64,000 nt of DNA from positions 1-64,000 of the forward strand of contig JBKAGE010000079.1 in NCBI GenBank assembly GCA_046290225.1, in the 5' to 3' direction. The notes beneath the pieces were generated by a model. The model was not told where the DNA came from and did not search any database. It saw only the letters and a list, made by a program, of their open reading frames with translations. Source of the DNA: Bradymonadia bacterium. GTDB taxonomy: Bacteria; Myxococcota_A; Bradymonadia; UBA7976; UBA1532. The position numbers were made by a program, and so were the translations under genes. Each line of letters starts with the position of its first letter. The first letter of the stretch is position 1. This document shows positions 9,037 to 18,493 of this stretch, piece by piece.

Positions 9037-10654
9037 AGGCCCCGAGGTCATTCCAATTCAACAGCCTGATGGCCTCGTACCCAGCGCCGTCGCTCTCGAT
9101 GACGAGGGACAGGTGCTTGTGGGTCATGGCGCTCGAGCGCGGGCCATCACCCATCCTCATCTCGCCGCCCGCAGGTTCAAGGGCCTCATGGGTCAGGGGC
9201 GAGAGATCAGCCTCGGCGCACATCGGTGCTCGGCGCCCATGCTCTCAGCGTGGGTGCTGGCCTATCTCAAGACAGAGGCAGAGCAGGCCCTCGGGCGAAC
9301 CATCGACGAGGCCATCATCACAGTGCCGGCGCATTTCGATCACGACCAGCGTCAGGCCACCCGAGATGCTGCACGTCTCGCAGGGCTCACTGTGGAGCGG
9401 CTGATCAACGAGCCCACCGCTGCGGCCCTGGCGTACGGGCTGCATCGACGTGGTGGTCCGAGGCAGGTGGCGGTGCTGGATCTCGGGGGTGGCACATTCG
9501 ATGTCTCGGTGCTCGAGATCATCGACGGGATCGTCGAGGTGCGCGCCACCGCAGGTGACAGTCAGCTTGGTGGAGAGTTCTTCGATGAGATGCTGATGCG
9601 GGCCTGGTGTGCACAGGCGGGCTCTCGTGGAGAAGCGTTGATGTCTGCAGCTGAGCATCAAAGCCGGCTGAGGGCTGTATGTGAGCGAGGCCGTCACCGC
9701 TTGTCAGAGGCTCAGGAGACGACACTGCGCTTCGAGGACATCGAGCTCACGTTGACGCGCAGAGCAGCAGAGGCATTGTGGGCACCCTGCCTGAGACGGA
9801 TCTCCACCATCATCGACGAGGCGATGCAGCGGGCCGAGCTGAGGCCGGAGCATGTCGACGACGTCATCTTGATCGGTGGGGCCAGCCGGACACCTGCCTT
9901 TGTGCAGCTCGCGGCCAAACGGTTTGGTCAGATCCCTGGCCGGCAGCTGCCCCCCGATACGGCCGTGGCGCTCGGCGCTGCGATCCAGGGGGGACTCAAG
10001 TCCGGCCATCAGGCCGTGCGCGATCTCATCGTCACCGACGTGGCGCCCTTCACGCTGGGCATCTCGACCGCGGTGGCCATGGGCCGGCACACTGTAGACG
10101 GCATCTTCGCCCCCATCATCGATCGAGGGACTGTGATCCCCGCCAGCCGTATGGAACGGTTCACCACAGTGAGGGCAGACCAGCGCGAGATTCACATCGA
10201 GATCTTTCAAGGGGAGCGCTCCTTGTGTCGCGACAACCAGAAGATCGGGGTCTGTGTGATCCGCAACCTGCCGACTGGCCCTCCAGGGGCTCTGACCATC
10301 GATGTGCGCTTCACGTGTGATCTCAACGGTGTGCTCGAGGTGGAGACGTGCATCGATGGTGACATGGCCGGAGAGCCCCTGCTCATCGAACAAAGCCCTC
10401 ACCGCATGAGCCCCGAGGCCCTGGCGGCGGCACAAGAGACCATGCAGAGGCTCAAGTTTCACCCCCGAGAGGCTCTACCCAACACCACACTGATCGCCCG
10501 GGCTGAGGCGGCGCACGTGGAGCTCACAGGAGAGCCCCGACGTCGCCTCGGTGTGCGCATCGCCCACTTCAGAGCTGCGTTGGAGAGCCAGGAAGACGCC
10601 TTGATCGAGAGCACTCATCGAGCGCTCGTCAGCCTGCTCGACGAGCAGAGCTGA
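8969..10654 (+). CDS. hscC: Hsp70 family chaperone HscC (Hsc62-like)
   Basis: IIGIDLGTT, TVPAHF, INEPTAAALAYG, DLGGGTFDVS; short (561 aa) with LKFHPRE near the C-terminus; GAGGAG RBS. Confidence 0.85.
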   Translation: MGGLIIGIDLGTTYSVVAHMTPEGPEVIPIQQPDGLVPSAVALDDEGQVLVGHGARARAITHPHLAARRFKGLMGQGREISLGAHRCSAPMLSAWVLAYLKTEAEQALGRTIDEAIITVPAHFDHDQRQATRDAARLAGLTVERLINEPTAAALAYGLHRRGGPRQVAVLDLGGGTFDVSVLEIIDGIVEVRATAGDSQLGGEFFDEMLMRAWCAQAGSRGEALMSAAEHQSRLRAVCERGRHRLSEAQETTLRFEDIELTLTRRAAEALWAPCLRRISTIIDEAMQRAELRPEHVDDVILIGGASRTPAFVQLAAKRFGQIPGRQLPPDTAVALGAAIQGGLKSGHQAVRDLIVTDVAPFTLGISTAVAMGRHTVDGIFAPIIDRGTVIPASRMERFTTVRADQREIHIEIFQGERSLCRDNQKIGVCVIRNLPTGPPGALTIDVRFTCDLNGVLEVETCIDGDMAGEPLLIEQSPHRMSPEALAAAQETMQRLKFHPREALPNTTLIARAEAAHVELTGEPRRRLGVRIAHFRAALESQEDALIESTHRALVSLLDEQS

Positions 10655-11287
10655 TCACCCGTCGAGCACCTCAGCTTCGACGATTTTGTGGAGCATGAAC
10701 TGACGAGGTGCCTCGAGATCGAGATCGTCGCAGTTGAGCAGGACCTCGCTGCGGGTCATCACGATCTGCCTGATTTTGACGCGCCTCCAGGTGTAACCGC
10801 GGGCGCCGTTGTAGTGAATGCGCAGGGGGTGGCCTTCGAACCACGCGGCCTCCAGAGCGGCCCTCACTGTCTCAGGTGAGGCGAGGGCTGGCACGCCGGT
10901 GAAGGCGAGGGCGTGCTGAAGTCGCCGTAGCTCACCTTGTAGAGCGGGGGGCAAAGCACCCCTGACCTTGTCGAGCCCACGAGAGAGTGTCTGGGTGAAG
11001 GGGATCACCCTGGCCTTGAGCAACCACTCCCCAGAGGCCACAAGCAGGGCAGCCTCTCTCGCCGTGAAGTTCACTGGTGGAAGAGAGTAGCTGCGATCGA
11101 GGGCCAGGCCACCACCACGACCCCGCTCGCCCACCACTGGGAGGTCTGCCGAGCGCAGGCTGTCGAGATCGCGGTAGATGGTCCGCAGCGATACCCCAAA
11201 ACGCTCAGCGAGAGCTTCGGCGGTGGTGCCCGTTCTACGGCCACGCAGGTATTCAGCGATTGCGAACAGGCGTTCAGTGCGTTTCAC
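10655..11287 (-). CDS. YafY-like HTH + WYL-domain transcriptional regulator
   Basis: MKRTERL..TAEALAERFGVSLRTIYRDLDSL, GERGRGGG, LPPVNFT.EA; divergent C-terminal WYL domain. Confidence 0.9.
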   Translation of the reverse strand: MKRTERLFAIAEYLRGRRTGTTAEALAERFGVSLRTIYRDLDSLRSADLPVVGERGRGGGLALDRSYSLPPVNFTAREAALLVASGEWLLKARVIPFTQTLSRGLDKVRGALPPALQGELRRLQHALAFTGVPALASPETVRAALEAAWFEGHPLRIHYNGARGYTWRRVKIRQIVMTRSEVLLNCDDLDLEAPRQFMLHKIVEAEVLDG

Positions 11288-11320
11288 GTGTCAGCCTTGG
11301 TTCAGGCGGTGAATTAAATA

Positions 11321-11336
11321 TGACATACACATGACA
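11321..11336. promoter_or_regulatory. Candidate operator for the WYL regulator
   Basis: TGACA-tacaca-TGACA in an AT-rich patch ~35 bp upstream of the WYL start; TGTCA at 11289-11293. Confidence 0.35.
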
Positions 11337-11564
11337 AATCGATCGAGGATTCTCTGAACGTGCACCAGACGTCGGAGGGGACCATGGTGGTGATGACGTG
11401 GTTGTTGAGCCTGTGCTGGGATCATTTGAGATGCCGCTGTCGAGCGCAGCGATTGCCCACATGTAGCCAGTGTTGCACCCGAGTTGTGGAAAACCCAGGG
11501 CTTCGACTGGAGGAAAGGCCGTCAATGAGGGTAGATTGCTTGTGACGATTACGGGGGAAATTCC

Positions 11565-12653
11565 ATGAATTTCAATGTATCGCTCTTCGAACGTATCTCA
11601 CGAGCCGGCGCCTGCACCACATTGCTTGCCGGTGCTCTCACCGGCGCGCTTCTCGCCGGTGGGTGTGAGGGAGACGATCCTGCGTGCTTCAACGACGAGG
11701 CCTGCGGCGACGGGTTTGTGTGTCTCAACACCCAATGTGTCCCCGACAACCGTCAACAGGGCGGTGCCGGAGGTGACACAGGGGGCGTCGGCGGTGCCGG
11801 CGGTGACGTTGGGGGTATGGGCGGCGATGGTGGCGCAGGTGCCATGGGCGGCGCTGGTGGTGGCCCTGATCTTCTGGCGTTTCACGAAGAGACCCTGATG
11901 CCGGTGATTCAGGCGCGCTGTCCCAACTGCCATCAAGATGGCCCGGGCTTTGCTGCGCCGCTCTATTTCTTCGACGATCCCAGTCAGGCTCAGGCCAACC
12001 TCGATCTCTCGCTGAGCTATGTGATTTCTGGTGATCCCGCAGGCAGCCCGCTGGTGGCCAAGGGCCGTGGCGCTTCCAATGGCGGAGTGGCCCATGGTGG
12101 TGGTGATCTCCTCGAGCCGGGTACACCAGACGATGACGCCTTCGTCGCCTTCGTAGAGATGGCGTCCCAAGGTGGTGTAGGGGGTGCCGGTGGTGCGGGC
12201 GGTGTCGGTGGCATGGGCGGTGAGCCCGGTGGCGCCGGTGGCATGGGTGGTGATCCTGGTGGCGCTGGCGGTATGGGCGGTGAGCCTGGTGGCGCCGGTG
12301 GCATGGGCGGTGAGCCCGGCGGCGCTGGCGGCATGGTGGGCGGTGCAGGCGGGGGCATGCCTGCAGATCCGTTTCAGGTGTATGCCGACACTGTAGATTC
12401 CGTGGTGACCAGCGCTTGCAACCCGTGCCATGGCCCGGACAGCGCCTTTGGCTACCCGCTGAACCTCAACCCGGCGAACGAGGGTGAGGTCAGAGAGAAT
12501 TATGAGACGACCTTGAGGTACGTCGCCCCCGGGGATCCCGAGAGCAGGTTGTTGCGTTATGGCCGAGGTGATTTCGGCCACACCGTCATCTGGTCTGAGG
12601 GAGACGCGAACTACACTGCGGTGCTTGAGTGGATCAACATCCTGCCGCAGTGA
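11565..12653 (+). CDS. Di-heme c-type cytochrome-like lipoprotein with Gly-rich linkers
   Basis: Lipobox AGGC; small Cys module; CPNCH and CNPCH in two similar domains separated by GGAGGMGGEP repeats. Confidence 0.75.
   Translation: MNFNVSLFERISRAGACTTLLAGALTGALLAGGCEGDDPACFNDEACGDGFVCLNTQCVPDNRQQGGAGGDTGGVGGAGGDVGGMGGDGGAGAMGGAGGGPDLLAFHEETLMPVIQARCPNCHQDGPGFAAPLYFFDDPSQAQANLDLSLSYVISGDPAGSPLVAKGRGASNGGVAHGGGDLLEPGTPDDDAFVAFVEMASQGGVGGAGGAGGVGGMGGEPGGAGGMGGDPGGAGGMGGEPGGAGGMGGEPGGAGGMVGGAGGGMPADPFQVYADTVDSVVTSACNPCHGPDSAFGYPLNLNPANEGEVRENYETTLRYVAPGDPESRLLRYGRGDFGHTVIWSEGDANYTAVLEWINILPQ
12181..12360 (+). repeat. Coding 30-bp tandem repeats (GGAGGMGGEP)
   Basis: Repeated ggtggcatgggcggtgagcccggtggcgcc-like units. 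Confidence 0.8.
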
Positions 12654-12680
12654 GGGCCCGGGCGGGCAAGGGGAGGGTGA

Positions 12681-13595
12681 TTACTTGCCGCCTGCAGCCA
12701 TGCCCATCATGAGCAGGCCCTTGAGCATGTCGACGTCGGCGGAGCTCAGGGCCACGTTGATGTTCACATCTTTGCCGCTGGCCTTGGCGGTGATCTTCTT
12801 GAGCATGTTGGCGAACATGGGGGGCGCGCCGTTCTGAGCGTTGAGCTGGGCGGTGATCATCTTGGCGATCTCCGCAGCCTTGGCGGCGTCGTTGGTGGAC
12901 ATGTCGAGCTTGAGGCCGAAACCCTTGGCCATGTCGATGCTGCCCCGGAGGCCGGTGAGGGCCTTGGTCATGGGATCAGGGGGCATGTTCTTGCGCATCT
13001 GGTCGTTGATGTTCACCGCCATCCACATGTCCTTGCCGGTGTCCACCTTGGAGATGGCCTGGGACAGGGCCTTGTTCAAGCCGCCCTTGCCCTTGCTGGC
13101 GTCGATGGCCTTGTGCACGGCGACGGTGGGGCCAGCGACGAGGTAGCCGTTCATGAAGGCGAAGCTGCCGCCGTCGACAGCGACGGTCTTGACGCCGTTG
13201 TGGCTGGCCTCTTTGGCCTTGCCCTCTTTGACGGCAGCGGCGGTGAGCTTGCCCTGGTCGAGCTTGCCCTTGACGATGACCACCACGGCCTCGCTCTTGT
13301 CCACGTCAGCGGGGATGGCGAGGATCACCGAGTCGATGTCCTTCTCGATGTCCACGCCGGTCTTGGCCTTGATCTCGGCGAGGGCCTTCTGGCCGTCGGG
13401 GGCCTGCTTGGCCATGCCCACCATGGACTGGTACAGGGGGGCCTTGCGGATGCGTTGCATGTCGAAGGAGACCACCGCAGTGGTGTCACTGGGGATCATC
13501 TGCATCGCGGCTTGATCCGGGGCTGCAGAGACATGAGAAGCCACCAGCATGGCGGTGCAGGTGGTGAGAAATGCCGCGAGTTTGCGTGCGGACAT
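12681..13595 (-). CDS. Secreted/periplasmic Lys/Ala-rich protein of unknown function
   Basis: Signal peptide MSARKLAAFLTTCTAMLVASHVSA; strong GC3 bias; GGAGG RBS. Confidence 0.8.
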   Translation of the reverse strand: MSARKLAAFLTTCTAMLVASHVSAAPDQAAMQMIPSDTTAVVSFDMQRIRKAPLYQSMVGMAKQAPDGQKALAEIKAKTGVDIEKDIDSVILAIPADVDKSEAVVVIVKGKLDQGKLTAAAVKEGKAKEASHNGVKTVAVDGGSFAFMNGYLVAGPTVAVHKAIDASKGKGGLNKALSQAISKVDTGKDMWMAVNINDQMRKNMPPDPMTKALTGLRGSIDMAKGFGLKLDMSTNDAAKAAEIAKMITAQLNAQNGAPPMFANMLKKITAKASGKDVNINVALSSADVDMLKGLLMMGMAAGGK

Positions 13596-13822
13596 GATGT
13601 TTCCTCCCAGAAAGGCCGGGAAATCCAGCCCATCATCAAAGCACAGGTTCCAAGATGCCGATGCAGAGTGCATCACCTGCGCTGGTATTCAAAACACCAC
13701 GCAATCCATGTGGTGCTGCAGCGGGGGCCAACCCCTTGGGGAGCCTGATGCGAGACCGTCGGGCCACGCATCTGACGAGTGAGGCAGTTTACACGTCGGA
13801 TGCCATAACGCGAGGAAGAACC

Positions 13823-15025
13823 ATGTGCATGCGATCACAGTTCATTTTTTGTCTCTTATGGGCTGCATCGGGGCTGTGGGGCTGTGGAGAGCCTGGTGTG
13901 ATCGTGAATGCACGATCGGTGGAGCCCGACACTGGGGTGGGCGAGCCCGACGTCGACGAAGGCATGGCGTCCTCTCCTGATCTTGGGGGAGCCCCATCCC
14001 CTGACGGCGGTGACGCAGGCCAGAGGCCGCCCCCCGCAGACATGAATGTCGGTGGGCCTGATCAGGGCAACGCGACGCCACCGAATGATGCGGGGATGCA
14101 GCAGCCCTCTGACGCCATGGTGATGACCCCGGATGCCTTTGTCCCGCCCCCGATAGAGGGTCCACGGCCAGTGATCTACACACGTGATCTGCCCATCGAG
14201 CAGATCATCGGTCAGGTGCAGGTGGCGAGTGCGGGCAGTCTGTGGTCGGTGATGCCCGACACACCTGGCAGTGCTCAACCGTTATTGCAATTGGATGGCG
14301 CTGCGGCCTTGATGCCTCATCTCAGCCCCGATGGCACTCAGGTGGTCTTTGCCTCTAATCGTGCACATGCGGGCGATGGCCCTCGACCTTTGGATCTCTG
14401 GGTGCTCGACCGCACCACCATGCAATTGCGCCAGCTGACTGATCTGCCTGGCCACGCGTGGACGCCTGCGTGGTCTCCCGACGGCCGTCAGGTGGCCTTT
14501 GCCTCCACACAAGCCAACCCCAACTCCGACGCGGTGTGGAACTTCGATGTGTGGGTGGTCAACGCCGATGGCACAGGTGCAAGACCCCTGTACGAAGGCG
14601 TAGGTCAGGACGAAGATCCGGTGTTCTCCGTTGATGGTCGACGGATCTACTTCATGGCTGAAGCACGCATCGACGGGTGCTTCTTTCAGGTGTGGCAGGT
14701 CGACCTCGCCGAAGGGGCTGCCCCCGCGGGCCCTGTCTTTGATGGGGCAGGCAACGCCCTGTGTGGTGAAGACCCGAGCCCCTCCACTGATGGTACGCGA
14801 CTCTACTTCATCAACCGCGGCAACTGGTACGCCCTGGTATTCGCAACAGGTGAAGTGGAGCGTATCGGGGTGCTGATCGAGCCGTGGATTGGCCCCGAAG
14901 GGCGACGCTATGTGTACATGAACGAGGGGGCCATCTGGATGGGCCATCTCGACGGTACACCTGCAGGACCCATCACCGATCCTGCTGCTGATCCTGGATC
15001 TCCAGACAGCTTCCCGCGCTGGTAG
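13823..15025 (+). CDS. TolB-like (PD40) beta-propeller lipoprotein
   Basis: Lipobox LWGC; PHLSPDGTQVVFASNR, PAWSPDGRQVAFAS, PVFSVDGRRIYF, PSPSTDGTRLYF. Confidence 0.85.
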   Translation: MCMRSQFIFCLLWAASGLWGCGEPGVIVNARSVEPDTGVGEPDVDEGMASSPDLGGAPSPDGGDAGQRPPPADMNVGGPDQGNATPPNDAGMQQPSDAMVMTPDAFVPPPIEGPRPVIYTRDLPIEQIIGQVQVASAGSLWSVMPDTPGSAQPLLQLDGAAALMPHLSPDGTQVVFASNRAHAGDGPRPLDLWVLDRTTMQLRQLTDLPGHAWTPAWSPDGRQVAFASTQANPNSDAVWNFDVWVVNADGTGARPLYEGVGQDEDPVFSVDGRRIYFMAEARIDGCFFQVWQVDLAEGAAPAGPVFDGAGNALCGEDPSPSTDGTRLYFINRGNWYALVFATGEVERIGVLIEPWIGPEGRRYVYMNEGAIWMGHLDGTPAGPITDPAADPGSPDSFPRW

Positions 15026-15218
15026 TTGCTGCACCCAACTTATTCTGGAATGAAGGTTTTTTAATCTTTTGAGCTAGAATTCTCTTGATGCATATGGACC
15101 AGTTTGGGCTATCCTCTCAAGCGGACGCATCAATCGAGCCGTATTGCTCTTGAGGGAGGGCAGGCTCACCAAACATCTGAAAGGCAGATGTTCGGTCTGA
15201 TGCCAGAGGAGGGAAACC

Positions 15219-15647
15219 ATGTTGGAGTCAGGCCTTGCACTCGATGGGGATCGAGCTGCACGCGTGCTCGTGATCGATGACGAGCCACACATCTGCCATC
15301 TGCTCGATCGCATTTTGAGCATGCATCGATTTCAGGTCACCACCTGCAGTCATAATCCACAGGACATCGACGCCTTCGAACGAGAGTTGACGGGCTATGA
15401 CGCCATCTTGTGCGACATGTCCATGGTGGGGGTCGATGCGCCCAGTCTCTACGAGAGCCTGAGCCAGGCTGCCCCCCAGCTGGCCAGACGCTTGGTGGTC
15501 ATGACGGGTGGGATTCTGAACAGCCGATATGCCGACTTCGTCACTGAGAGCCAGCCACACCTCGTGGAGAAGCCCTTCGAGCTCGAGCACCTGTTCGAGG
15601 TGATCAAGCGTGCGATTCAGGAAGGGCGCTCAGGCTCGACGTCGTGA
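15219..15647 (+). CDS. Single-domain response regulator (receiver)
   Basis: RVLVIDDEP, AILCD phospho-Asp, VMTG, EKPF. Confidence 0.85.
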   Translation: MLESGLALDGDRAARVLVIDDEPHICHLLDRILSMHRFQVTTCSHNPQDIDAFERELTGYDAILCDMSMVGVDAPSLYESLSQAAPQLARRLVVMTGGILNSRYADFVTESQPHLVEKPFELEHLFEVIKRAIQEGRSGSTS

Positions 15648-16558
15648 AATCGTCTTAGGTCGAGCTCGACGCTGTAGTCAGGGCGCCGAGTGATGACGTC
15701 CACCAGCCTGTGGTTCCACATGAGCTGGTCCGGGTAGTATTCGTGGCGGGCGTGCACTGTCTGAGCATATGCACCCTCGTACCCCATCAACGTCACGATC
15801 AGCAGCATGCCGTCTTCGGCCATCTCCTCCGGGCTGACGCCGTAGAGCGGGCTGTCTTCGTCGATGACGTGCATCACCTGCCAGCTCAAGATGAACAGCG
15901 GAGTTTGCTTGCGGACGAGCTTGAGGTCGTGCAGCCGCCGCATGTGGTGACCTTCAGGGCTGACTTCACCTTTGAGCACCGTCAGCCTCATGGTGGCCTC
16001 AACGAGCTCCTTCCCGCGCATGTTGGCCACTCGAAACATGAGGGTGGGTTTCCCGTCGTACTGCGTCACGACCGCGAGACGGCTGAACTTCAGGTTCGCT
16101 GAAGGTCTTGATGCTTTGGCGAAAACGAGGCCTGTGATCAACGCGACGCTGAGGACGCCAAAGAGCGATTCGATGGTGACGATGATGTGCCCATATGGGG
16201 TTTGGGGGCTCATGGCGCCGTACCCGATGGTGCTCAACGTCTGCACGCTGAAGAAAAAATGCTCGGCGAAGCTGCCCTCGTCCATCCCCCCGATGGGGGC
16301 ATCCCCCAATAGGTAGAGCACGGCGAAGATGGTGTTGGCGGCGAGGTAGTAGCAGATGGTGAGGCCGAACAGCTGCCGCCAGCGCGCTTCGATGAGCTTG
16401 ATGTAGAGATCGTTGAATCGATCGCGCTCCACCCCGATGCGCTCGAGGCGTCCAAAACCCCGCGCGCCTAGGATGGGGGGATCTTCCCGGCCGGGCCTTA
16501 GAGTGGTGCGGCGTGCGGGTTTATCTTCGGCAGGGCGGACGGTGGGCTGCTGGCTCAC
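15617..16558 (-). CDS. Inward-rectifier potassium channel (KirBac)
   Basis: FFFSVQTLSTIGYG selectivity filter; two TM helices; PTLMFRVANMR and HVIDEDSPLYG cytoplasmic domain. Confidence 0.95.
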   Translation of the reverse strand: MSQQPTVRPAEDKPARRTTLRPGREDPPILGARGFGRLERIGVERDRFNDLYIKLIEARWRQLFGLTICYYLAANTIFAVLYLLGDAPIGGMDEGSFAEHFFFSVQTLSTIGYGAMSPQTPYGHIIVTIESLFGVLSVALITGLVFAKASRPSANLKFSRLAVVTQYDGKPTLMFRVANMRGKELVEATMRLTVLKGEVSPEGHHMRRLHDLKLVRKQTPLFILSWQVMHVIDEDSPLYGVSPEEMAEDGMLLIVTLMGYEGAYAQTVHARHEYYPDQLMWNHRLVDVITRRPDYSVELDLRRFHDVEPERPS

Positions 16559-16586
16559 GGGGTCAGATGCTCACAGAGGTGGGTGC

Positions 16587-18371
16587 TCATTGAGCCACTT
16601 GCTGGATCCAGAGGCGGAAGCGCTCGAGCTGGTAGGCGGTCCATGCACGGCCTGGAGGCATACGGTTGCCGCCGCCGCCGATGTCGCGATGGGTGCCCAC
16701 GAGCTTGTGATAGAGGTAGCTGCTCTGAGGGTTGCCAGCGGTGATGTAAGGGAAGGGCCCGCCGAAAGAGGCCACGCCGACGACCGACTCTGCGCCGTCA
16801 TTGATGTTGAAGCCTCCAGAGCTTCCGACGGTGTGGCATGTGGCACACGTGCTCAAGAACAGAGCGTCGAGGTCGGCGGTCTGCCAGGGGCAGTCCTCAT
16901 CGACCTCGCCATCACAGTCGTCGTCCTGCTCTTCACCGACATCGCAGATCTCGGCGGGGGCGGGGACACCTGGGGTACAGTTGTCGATGGCCTGGCCGGC
17001 CTGGCAGACGATGGAGCCCTGAGCGGCGCAGGCGCCGAGACCGCAGTTGGTGGCCACGACGACATGATCCTCGTCTGTGAGCCCGTCGCAGTCGTTGTCG
17101 ATGCCGTCACAGAGATCCTGGTTGGCGGGATCACCAGGCTCGCAGTTGTCGACGACGAAGCCGTTGAGGCACACACGTTGTCCCTGAGCGACACAGGCAC
17201 CGAAGCCGCAGGTGGTATCCACGGGCACGTGATCCTCGTCGGTGTTGCCGTCACAGTCCTGATCGCCGCCACCGCAGATGTCCTGGCCTGCAGGGACCTC
17301 GGGGCCCAACTCACCCTCGCACACGTTGGAGAGCTGTCCGTTGACGCATCGCTGCTCACCAGAGCGGCAGACGCCGACGTCGGCCGTTCCGGCGGGGCCG
17401 TTGTAGCATGCCACGGCCGTGTCCTCGTCGGTGGTGCCGTCACAGTCGTCATCAAGGCCATTGCAGGTCTCGACGACGGGGGTCACGCCGCCCTCACACA
17501 GGCCCCAGAGGCCGTTTACGCAGGTTTGCTCGCCGAGCTGGCAGATGCCGATGTCACTGCCGCAGGCTTGGGTCTCGCCCACCTGGCAGTCACAGCCTTC
17601 GTCGGTCTGGCCGTCACAGTCATCGTCTTCGCCGTCACCACACTGCTCGACGAGGTTGGGCACGACCTCGCCGGTGCAGCCCAACTCCATGGCGCCGTCC
17701 ACACAGCGCTGCACCCCTGCCTGACACGTGCCCTGGCCTTCGGTGCCCGGGCGGCCGTTGTAGCAGACACGCTCGGTGCCCTCGTCGACGGTGCCGTCGC
17801 AATCGTTGTCTTCACCATCACAGCGCTCTGGGCGTACGCGAGGGGCGTCGCCGCCGTCACATCGCAAGCCGCCAGCTTCGTCACAGACGAAAACCCCCAC
17901 GGCGCCCGGGCAGAAGCCGCCGCCAGGATCGCAGGCGGCGCCCAGATCGGGGATGCCCTCGTCGGTCAGGCCATCACAGTCGTCGTCGGCGTTGTTGCAG
18001 ATTTCGTCCATGGGGGTGCAGTCACCGCCGGCACCACCCATACCGCCAGGTGCGCCACCGACGTCACCGCCCATGCCGCCCTCACCGCCCAGACCGCCGG
18101 CACCACCCATACCACCTGGGGCGCCACCGACATCACCACCCATGCCGCCAGGGGCGCCACCGACGTCGCCGCCCATACCACCAGGGGCACCGCCGACATC
18201 ACCGCCCGTGCCACCGGCCCCGGCCGTGGGGGTGCCGCCCACGGGCGTGCCTCCTGAGCCACCGGCATTGGCACCGGCGTCAGGCTGCTCTTCGGCTTCG
18301 AAGCAGCCACCGAGTGCCATGGATAGAGAAACAGTGGCCCAGATCAGGGGGCGTCGGAAGACGGTGTGCAT
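16587..18371 (-). CDS. Lipoprotein with MopE-related (DxDCDG) repeats and a C-terminal cytochrome c domain
   Basis: Lipobox LGGC; Gly-rich linker; about 7 C(N/D)GxDxDCDG repeats; CATCH ... SSYLYHKL ... RMPP. Confidence 0.8.
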   Translation of the reverse strand: MHTVFRRPLIWATVSLSMALGGCFEAEEQPDAGANAGGSGGTPVGGTPTAGAGGTGGDVGGAPGGMGGDVGGAPGGMGGDVGGAPGGMGGAGGLGGEGGMGGDVGGAPGGMGGAGGDCTPMDEICNNADDDCDGLTDEGIPDLGAACDPGGGFCPGAVGVFVCDEAGGLRCDGGDAPRVRPERCDGEDNDCDGTVDEGTERVCYNGRPGTEGQGTCQAGVQRCVDGAMELGCTGEVVPNLVEQCGDGEDDDCDGQTDEGCDCQVGETQACGSDIGICQLGEQTCVNGLWGLCEGGVTPVVETCNGLDDDCDGTTDEDTAVACYNGPAGTADVGVCRSGEQRCVNGQLSNVCEGELGPEVPAGQDICGGGDQDCDGNTDEDHVPVDTTCGFGACVAQGQRVCLNGFVVDNCEPGDPANQDLCDGIDNDCDGLTDEDHVVVATNCGLGACAAQGSIVCQAGQAIDNCTPGVPAPAEICDVGEEQDDDCDGEVDEDCPWQTADLDALFLSTCATCHTVGSSGGFNINDGAESVVGVASFGGPFPYITAGNPQSSYLYHKLVGTHRDIGGGGNRMPPGRAWTAYQLERFRLWIQQVAQ

Positions 18372-18493
18372 GGGATGACCTCAAAGGTGGGGTGCCGATG
18401 GCGCTATTGTGAACCAGTGTGGGACTGTGTGGCAATTGCTGTACGCTCGGGCGGACACGCTCGAGGGCCGGTAGAGGTTGACGGGAGACGAGA

